Positions 58,517 through 64,000 of a stretch of DNA of 64,000 nt are shown here, in pieces (the first letter of the stretch is position 1; each line of letters starts with the position of its first letter). The notes beneath the pieces were generated by a model. The model did not search any database and was not told where the DNA came from. It was given only the letters and a program-made list of their open reading frames with translations. The position numbers were made by a program, and so were the translations under genes. This stretch comes from a virus. Location: IMG/VR virus record IMGVR_UViG_3300035670_000143, positions 10,950-74,949 of that record; one strand, 5' to 3'.

Positions 58517-58525
58517 CTAAAGGTC

Positions 58526-58650
58526 TGAGATAGGCTAGCCTCTATCCTTTCAGGTGAAGGGAAACCTGCAAATCTATTACAATCGAGTGTAATAATTTGT
58601 TAAGTCCGTTTTCTGGTACATTGCGCGGTTAAGGTTTCCCGCCTATCTCA
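58526..58650 (+). ncRNA. Candidate structured RNA A (ends 4 nt before tRNA-Lys)
   Basis: TGAGATAGGC/GCCTATCTCA (10 bp) and GGGAAACCT/AGGTTTCCC (9 bp) enclosing the hairpin GCAAAT..ATTACA/TGTAAT..ATTTGT. Confidence 0.55.
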
Positions 58651-58654
58651 ATTT

Positions 58655-58726
58655 GACTCAGTAGCTCAATGGTAGAGCAGTAGACTTTTAATCTATTGGT
58701 TGTAGGTTCGAGTCCTACCTGGGTCA
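58655..58726 (+). tRNA. tRNA-Lys(UUU)
   Basis: Cloverleaf GACTCAG/CTGGGTC, anticodon loop CTTTTAA, TTCGAGT T loop. Confidence 0.95.
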
Positions 58727-58800
58727 CTTTGTTCATGGGGTCAAGAATAGACTGTATCTCTCTATTCGGGAATATTGGGGCATCCCCTGCCGTAAAACAA

Positions 58801-58829
58801 ACAACCTGAGTATGTTGTAAAAGTGCTCA
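58801..58829 (+). ncRNA. H-type pseudoknot in the tRNA spacer
   Basis: S1 ACAAC/GTTGT, L1 C, S2 TGAGTAT/GTGCTCA, L3 AAAA. Confidence 0.5.
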
Positions 58830-58833
58830 CAAT

Positions 58834-58906
<73 letters not shown>

Positions 58907-58908
58907 CT

Positions 58909-59039
58909 GAATCAGGCAATACGTTTGTTTCATACAGTACATTTTTATTATCAACAAAAAATGGAATTGAATATCGGCAAGTTAGTTCGCTTACTTGTTC
59001 GTGCTGTATGGATTGTTCACCAAACGTATTGCCTGATTC
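58909..59039 (+). ncRNA. Candidate structured RNA B (starts 2 nt after tRNA-Arg)
   Basis: Perfect 19-bp inverted repeat GAATCAGGCAATACGTTTG, inner 12-bp stem, two apical hairpins, T-rich tail. Confidence 0.6.
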
Positions 59040-59068
59040 TTTATTTTATTGTCAAGTTAGGAGGAAGT

Positions 59069-59737
59069 ATGACAGCATTAAATGAATTAAATAAAATCAA
59101 TATTCAGAATGATCATCAGGCGTATCTTGTGATCAGCAATCATTTGCTGACTCAAAATGATCGTGCTCTTGGTGATGACTCTGATACTTGTTCTTATCGT
59201 GGTATGACTGAATCAATTTATGACGACGATGGTTATGCTATTGATCTTGGTTATCCAACTGGTCTTTCTTGCGCTGTTGGTTGTTTGATTAAGGATGCTT
59301 ATTATGATCCTTATATTGAGGGCAACGGCGTTCAGAATGATAAGGTTCTTTATACTCTTGTTAAAAGCCATCCTGATTGGGAAATTAATGGCAAGACAGT
59401 TTTGATGCTTGCTTGTCTTCAAAGAATTCATGACAGATACAAGCCTAAAGATTGGCCTTATATGCTTGTTGCTGTTGATACTATTTTTTCTACTATTGAT
59501 GCCGATAGATATAATCTATCTAATGTGATTAAAGTAGATGACGAAGGCGGTTTGAATATTGATTATGATAGCTCGCAGTCTCCTGTTGGTAAAATTCTAG
59601 AGGAGACAATTCTAAAATTGAAAGCAGAGTCTTTTGATGTAATGACTGGTAGTTCTGCCGCGATTTGTGCAGACATTATTGATAGACAATACAATCGCAT
59701 CAAGGATAACTTGGTTTACAATGAAAAAGGAGAATAG
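59069..59737 (+). CDS. Hypothetical protein (CAVGCLI family)
   Basis: HLLTQ...CSYRG...CAVGCLI.D..YDP.IEG...LQRIHD; AGGAGG RBS. Confidence 0.75.
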   Translation: MTALNELNKINIQNDHQAYLVISNHLLTQNDRALGDDSDTCSYRGMTESIYDDDGYAIDLGYPTGLSCAVGCLIKDAYYDPYIEGNGVQNDKVLYTLVKSHPDWEINGKTVLMLACLQRIHDRYKPKDWPYMLVAVDTIFSTIDADRYNLSNVIKVDDEGGLNIDYDSSQSPVGKILEETILKLKAESFDVMTGSSAAICADIIDRQYNRIKDNLVYNEKGE

Positions 59738-59740
59738 AAA

Positions 59741-59941
59741 ATGGCATCTAAAAAGCCCGCAAAAGTTGCTTCTTCACAGAAGACTGTTAATACACTTATT
59801 GGCTCTTCCGTTTTATATTTTGGGAATGTTGATAAGCCTTTCACTTGTGCTAGTTGTGGTCGGGTTTTTATCAAGGGTTTCTTTTTTGAAAAGGACGGCA
59901 AAGCTGGCTGCACAAGAGTTTGCCTTGCAGAACAAGTATAA
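59741..59941 (+). CDS. Zinc-binding small protein
   Basis: CASC...CTRVC; AAGGAG RBS. Confidence 0.6.
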   Translation: MASKKPAKVASSQKTVNTLIGSSVLYFGNVDKPFTCASCGRVFIKGFFFEKDGKAGCTRVCLAEQV

Positions 59942-59960
59942 ATATATGTGGGAGTAGCTA

Positions 59961-60164
59961 ATGAGACAGTATCTATGTGTTGATTGTTTGATTACAATTG
60001 ATGACAATGATATAGAAGCAGGTGCTATGTATACCGGCCCTAGATGTAAAATTTGTAGGGAAGAGTATTGGGATGCCTGCTGTTTTCATTGTGGTGCTCT
60101 CCCATTAGAAGAACACAACGAAGGATGTACAGATCCAGAAAGGTTCAGGTTATACAATGAATGA
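59961..60164 (+). CDS. Cys-rich small protein
   Basis: CVDC..CKIC..CFHC..H...C. Confidence 0.6.
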   Translation: MRQYLCVDCLITIDDNDIEAGAMYTGPRCKICREEYWDACCFHCGALPLEEHNEGCTDPERFRLYNE

Positions 60165-60402
60165 CGAGGAGCGCAGTAGTCTCCCAAAATATATCATAGC
60201 AACTAGAACTGTTACTTATCATGTAGATGAAATTATTGATTCATACAAAGACCAGATGGGTCAAGAGCCTGAACTTGATGATCTTATTGACATGATTCGC
60301 CAATGGGCTGCTGAAGACTTTGCTTGTGGTTGGGGTCATACAATTGATCCAGATGTGATTAAGTTTACTGATAGTAACGGAGAGGAGTTGGGTTACATAT
60401 AA
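60157..60402 (+). CDS. Hypothetical protein
   Basis: Coupled ORF. Confidence 0.6.
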   Translation: MNDEERSSLPKYIIATRTVTYHVDEIIDSYKDQMGQEPELDDLIDMIRQWAAEDFACGWGHTIDPDVIKFTDSNGEELGYI

Positions 60403-60791
60403 TGAGTAATTTATTTGAGTTTGACTGGAAAGATCGGTACGATCATCTAGCCAAGAGTGATGTATTTTACTGCTTAGGGACTACTCACAGTCCTGTAGTT
60501 TATATCAGATACAATAATAGAATTGTTCAAATCTCCTGTGATGGGGAGATGGATTTTTGGTATAACGATGTCAGAATTAGATCATACGAGGGTCTGATCA
60601 AAGCCGGCATTCTTACAGACACAGACTGGTTGAAGGCCAGGGAAGAAATTCATGATGGTTCTTTTCCTTGGTTTGATGCTTACATGGAAGATCCAGAAAC
60701 ATATAACCTTGAACATCTAGACATGGTTCATGGTGATTTAGACGACATTATTCTAGAAGTACAAAAATACCTGATGGAGGTTGCAAAATGA
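60402..60791 (+). CDS. Hypothetical protein
   Basis: CDGEM...GI.TD...PWFD motif; TAATG coupling. Confidence 0.65.
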   Translation: MSNLFEFDWKDRYDHLAKSDVFYCLGTTHSPVVYIRYNNRIVQISCDGEMDFWYNDVRIRSYEGLIKAGILTDTDWLKAREEIHDGSFPWFDAYMEDPETYNLEHLDMVHGDLDDIILEVQKYLMEVAK

Positions 60792-61021
60792 CAAACAAAT
60801 TATTGCTACAAGAAGCTGAACATTACACGAAGTATTACTCTCAACTCATTGGAGCAACTATTGATGGGGTTGAGATGGTTATTCAGGACACAGGCTACAG
60901 CGAAGAAGTTTGGCCTACGTTTTATGTAACTCTAAAAGATGGGGGCAAGTTAACTCTTGAGCTATCTCAGGATCCTGAGGGTAACGGTCCTGGTTTTATG
61001 TTCGGTCTTTATAATGTGTAG
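60788..61021 (+). CDS. Conserved phage small protein
   Basis: YSQLIGATI...SQDPEGNGPGF. Confidence 0.7.
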   Translation: MTNKLLLQEAEHYTKYYSQLIGATIDGVEMVIQDTGYSEEVWPTFYVTLKDGGKLTLELSQDPEGNGPGFMFGLYNV

Positions 61022-61090
61022 AGAGGAGATTTGTGAATTGGGTTATGTACTTGCTTGTTGTAACAGCAATCGTTTTGATAGTTGGGAGTT

Positions 61091-61342
61091 ATGCTGATGA
61101 CTGATGGTATTTATACTTGGCGGGCTGAGGTAACTTTTATCTTAGCTTACATGACAGTTAGTACAACGATTATGACAGAGAGCAACGAGATATTAAGTCC
61201 TGGTGATGCTTCTGATGAGATGATTGAGAATGCATCTAAGTTAATTAATGATTACTATGGGTTTAGTCCAGTGGAGATGGCTCAGGACTTCTTTGTTGAA
61301 TGGTTGGATACACCGGAAGGGTTTGATGGTGGAGAAGCCTGA
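61091..61342 (+). CDS. Hypothetical protein
   Basis: GGGAG RBS. Confidence 0.55.
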   Translation: MLMTDGIYTWRAEVTFILAYMTVSTTIMTESNEILSPGDASDEMIENASKLINDYYGFSPVEMAQDFFVEWLDTPEGFDGGEA

Positions 61343-61616
61343 GATTACTGTTCTTAACTTCCCTGAGGGGAAGTTTGAACTTGTTTGGTGTCTTATCGCC
61401 CAAACTGATGGTGATGAAATTATCAGCACATTTGAGTCTTTTATTGCTGTTAATTATCCTGAGGTTGACTTTGCTGGTGAGGTATCAGAAAAGCTTAGAT
61501 TGTTTGATGAGAATAGAGTCTACGCTTATGTCTGGGGCTTAGAACAGTTTGAGGACATAGTGTTGAATGGTGGTTGGGATTTTAAGATACTTGACTATGG
61601 GAAGGAGAATGTCTAA
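61326..61616 (+). CDS. Hypothetical protein
   Basis: Coupled ORF; start reassigned to the internal ATG. Confidence 0.55.
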   Translation: MVEKPEITVLNFPEGKFELVWCLIAQTDGDEIISTFESFIAVNYPEVDFAGEVSEKLRLFDENRVYAYVWGLEQFEDIVLNGGWDFKILDYGKENV

Positions 61617-61810
61617 TGCTTACGCCTGAGGCTATAGCTAGGTATGTAAAGCATCCTTATAATTGCCCTTATTGCCAAAGTGAAAATATTGGCATAATTG
61701 ATCGTGACTCTGAGTTGGATTTTATCTCTCAGAAGTGTAAGTGTCAGGATTGTAGCAAAGTTTGGGTTGAGATTTATCAATTGACAGATATTGAGGAGGG
61801 TTTTACCTGA
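61616..61810 (+). CDS. Zinc-ribbon protein (paralog of 63463..63699)
   Basis: HPYNCPYCQSENI...Q.C.CQDC...W.E.Y.L.D.E. Confidence 0.7.
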   Translation: MLTPEAIARYVKHPYNCPYCQSENIGIIDRDSELDFISQKCKCQDCSKVWVEIYQLTDIEEGFT

Positions 61811-61962
61811 TGTTCTGTGAGGATTGTACTAGGCGTGATGTGATCCTTTTAGATGACGCAAGAGAAAATAATGTTGACCCTTATTGGATACAGATTGAGT
61901 GTTTAGACTGCGAAACCAACTGGATGCAGTCTTGGCCTGAGGAGGTAAATGAAGTATTGTAG
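61810..61962 (+). CDS. Zinc-ribbon microprotein (50 aa)
   Basis: FCEDC...ECLDC...W; TGATG coupling, GAGGAGG RBS. Confidence 0.55.
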   Translation: MFCEDCTRRDVILLDDARENNVDPYWIQIECLDCETNWMQSWPEEVNEVL

Positions 61963-62038
61963 ACGCTATATCAAAAAAGTTGTTGAGAATGTAATTGATG
62001 TTGATTTTAAGACAGCCAGTAATGAAAGGAGCTCTAAC

Positions 62039-62233
62039 ATGGCTTACGAAGATGATGATATTGATATGAAAGCCTATCTCAAGGCTTGTGGTTACAAGAG
62101 TGTTGAGGAATGGGCTTTGGATTCAGATTTCGAATATGATGATGATCAGGATATTTGGTTTAATGATGAAGGAAATCCGGTCGATATTGAAGAACAGTTG
62201 TATTACGTTATTGATTCGTTGACGGAGGAATGA
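62039..62233 (+). CDS. Acidic small protein
   Basis: GAAAGGAG RBS before ATG 62039. Confidence 0.6.
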   Translation: MAYEDDDIDMKAYLKACGYKSVEEWALDSDFEYDDDQDIWFNDEGNPVDIEEQLYYVIDSLTEE

Positions 62234-62601
62234 TGACTGTAGATTTGGGTGCTCACTATCCGATCATTTGGGAGGATTTCTATCATAATTCTAATTATCA
62301 GCCTGATCGTTGGGTTTATGAGAATATTAGGAAGAATCCCGATAAGAATTTGGATGAGTTTTTGACGGTGGTTAACTATTATCCTGGTCGTCGGGAAGGT
62401 CGGGTGGAATTTAATTATCAAACTTGTGGGAATGGGTTTATGCATTGGCATAGCTTTAGGTTCCAACCTAAGGTTCTGGTTGATCCTAGGGTTCCTACCA
62501 GGCAGGAATTAGCTTACGAGGCGGATAAAATTATCCAGTTATATCTATGCAAGGATCAAGAGGCCAAAATATTAATCGAACAGTATAAGGGGGCAATGTG
62601 A
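62230..62601 (+). CDS. Hypothetical protein
   Basis: GGAGG RBS, ATGA coupling. Confidence 0.6.
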   Translation: MMTVDLGAHYPIIWEDFYHNSNYQPDRWVYENIRKNPDKNLDEFLTVVNYYPGRREGRVEFNYQTCGNGFMHWHSFRFQPKVLVDPRVPTRQELAYEADKIIQLYLCKDQEAKILIEQYKGAM

Positions 62602-62795
62602 AGGTTTCTATTCCTAAAGATATTGTTGCTAACAAGCCTATCAATTTTGTGCTTGAGATTGATGGTAATCCCATCGTATCAATTACTTTGATCAATGATC
62701 ATGATAGCTTGTATTATCGCATTTATGATGAGGCAGATCTAGATGAGGTTTACATGGTCGAAGGTCATCTACCTGAGTATTTCACAAAGGAGTAA
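62598..62795 (+). CDS. Hypothetical protein
   Basis: GTGA coupling. Confidence 0.55.
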   Translation: MKVSIPKDIVANKPINFVLEIDGNPIVSITLINDHDSLYYRIYDEADLDEVYMVEGHLPEYFTKE

Positions 62796-62798
62796 AGT

Positions 62799-62972
62799 AT
62801 GTATCTGTCTTTAGAGCACACACAGGTTCTTTCGGAGATTCTAGAGAGTAAAGATTGGGATCAACTTGAAGACTTAATTCTTACTCATGGCTATGATGAA
62901 TCCCAGGAGCCAAATACAAGTTATGAGTGGATTAGTGTCAGGTACTCTCACAGGAGGATTTATCACCCATGA
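62799..62972 (+). CDS. Hypothetical protein (57 aa, not in track)
   Basis: AAGGAG RBS; ATGA coupling to the next gene. Confidence 0.5.
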   Translation: MYLSLEHTQVLSEILESKDWDQLEDLILTHGYDESQEPNTSYEWISVRYSHRRIYHP

Positions 62973-63283
62973 GTGATTTTGAACAAATGGATCCTGATGA
63001 TCCTGAGTCAGTTATTGAGTTTATGGAGGGTGGTTGGAAGCAGGATTTTGAGCTTCTTGTCCTTTCTAAGTTGCTGCTTCAGGAAGCTGTTGGCTATCTA
63101 AATGATGAGTGGTTTAAGACTGTTCATTACGATAGAATGGTTGAGTTTTTCACTTTATTCAATGCTCTTCACCCTGAGGCTATGAGTGAGGATGGGGATA
63201 ATGTTATGTGTAAGAGTGTTGATGGTGAGTGGGTGACTATGGAAGAACATCTTGATAGAGTCAGGTATTTGTTCGAAGATTAG
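62969..63283 (+). CDS. Hypothetical acidic protein
   Basis: AGGAGG RBS. Confidence 0.6.
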   Translation: MSDFEQMDPDDPESVIEFMEGGWKQDFELLVLSKLLLQEAVGYLNDEWFKTVHYDRMVEFFTLFNALHPEAMSEDGDNVMCKSVDGEWVTMEEHLDRVRYLFED

Positions 63284-63462
63284 TCGAAAGAATTGTCCTA
63301 ACCTATCAAATTAATTATCCTATGGATAATGTATTTATATTTGGGGGGATGGTGGATTATTCGTTTTGATAGTTAGAACCTCTCAGAAGCCCTTGTGGGG
63401 GCCAATGTGGGCGGAAATAAATAACTATATCCGGTGCTATGTTTTGATTTTGGAGGTTTTGT

Positions 63463-63699
63463 ATGAGGTTCACTGATCATGTTTTTGATGATGAGGTGAA
63501 GAGTAAGTATTTGGGGCATCCTTATTTTTGTCCTTGGTGTGGTTGTGAGAATATTTCGGCGGGTCAGTTAACATCGGAGTTTAATTATGCATGGCAAAAT
63601 ATTATCTGTTTGGAATGTCGGGGAGAATGGAGTGATGTATTTGAGTTGGTTGACGTTGAAGCAAGCATCGAACCAGAGAACAAGCCTGGACAAGGATAA
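63463..63699 (+). CDS. Zinc-ribbon protein (paralog of 61616..61810)
   Basis: HPYFCPWCGCENI...QNIICLEC...W.D.F.L.D.E; GGAGG RBS. Confidence 0.7.
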   Translation: MRFTDHVFDDEVKSKYLGHPYFCPWCGCENISAGQLTSEFNYAWQNIICLECRGEWSDVFELVDVEASIEPENKPGQG

Positions 63700-63814
63700 G
63701 ACTGAAGATAATCCCCAAATACTGGCGGGAAAGAAATAAATAATAGAGATAGAGTATTCTTCAGAGATGAAAGATCAAAGATAGATAGAACATAGAAGGA
63801 TACGTCAACGCAAA

Positions 63815-63875
63815 GATAAACAATACAGGAATGATAAACAATACAAGATAGATAATACAAGTAGAGCTACTTGTA
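63815..63875. repeat. Tandem GATAAACAATACA repeats plus a 20-bp near-palindrome
   Basis: Exact copies at 63815 and 63833, degenerate copy at 63847; TACAAGTAG-AG-CTACTTGTA at 63856-63875. Confidence 0.7.
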
Positions 63876-64000
63876 TACGTACATACGTCTATAGATCATG
63901 TGTGTTGTGTGCTCCATTTACCTAGAATATATTCCATTCTTGTTGTTGTTCTGTTTGTGTGCAGATTTATGGGTTTAGGTGGTCTTTTGTGGTCGCCTAA

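Noticed and set aside
58727-58800. tRNA-associated HDV-like (theta) ribozyme
   Set aside because: I could not build the nested P1/P1.1/P2/P3 double pseudoknot starting at any tRNA 3' end.
58925-59068. N-terminal extension of ORF 58925
   Set aside because: It overlaps the inverted-repeat structure; a strong AGGAGG SD supports ATG 59069.
63585-63860. Minus-strand 91-aa ORF
   Set aside because: It derives from the A-rich repeats, overlaps a good + strand gene and opposes the orientation of all other genes.

Overview
A 64-kb segment of a large, AT-rich tailed phage with essentially all genes on the + strand. The host is very probably an actinobacterium: there are three WhiB-like genes, an MSMEG_6728-like gene, an r1t-type holin, a DnaE-type polymerase and many leaderless genes. 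Gene order: C-terminal part of a very long tape measure protein and tail/baseplate/fibre genes (1-21.4 kb); HNH, phosphoesterase, holin and regulators; a replication/recombination block (DnaB, primase, SSB, HAD phosphatase, DnaE, FkbM methyltransferase, RecA, resolvases, C5 DNA methyltransferase, Cas4-like exonuclease); terminase flanked by two glycosyltransferases; a ~460-bp non-coding control region with a consensus promoter; then ~20 kb of small early/accessory genes containing four tRNAs (Leu-UAA, Ile-UAU, Lys-UUU, Arg-UCU). The strongest leads are four. (i) A second, RBS-bearing gene is overprinted in the +1 frame inside the DNA methyltransferase and seems to carry part of the enzyme, as in M.EcoHK31I beta. 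(ii) Three structured non-coding elements are interleaved with the Lys and Arg tRNAs so that tRNA processing would release them. (iii) The tRNA set is dedicated to A-ending codons that parts of the genome avoid. (iv) A GHKL-like ATPase with permuted motif order is fused to an HExxH domain. All family assignments come from motif recognition by eye; no database searches were run.
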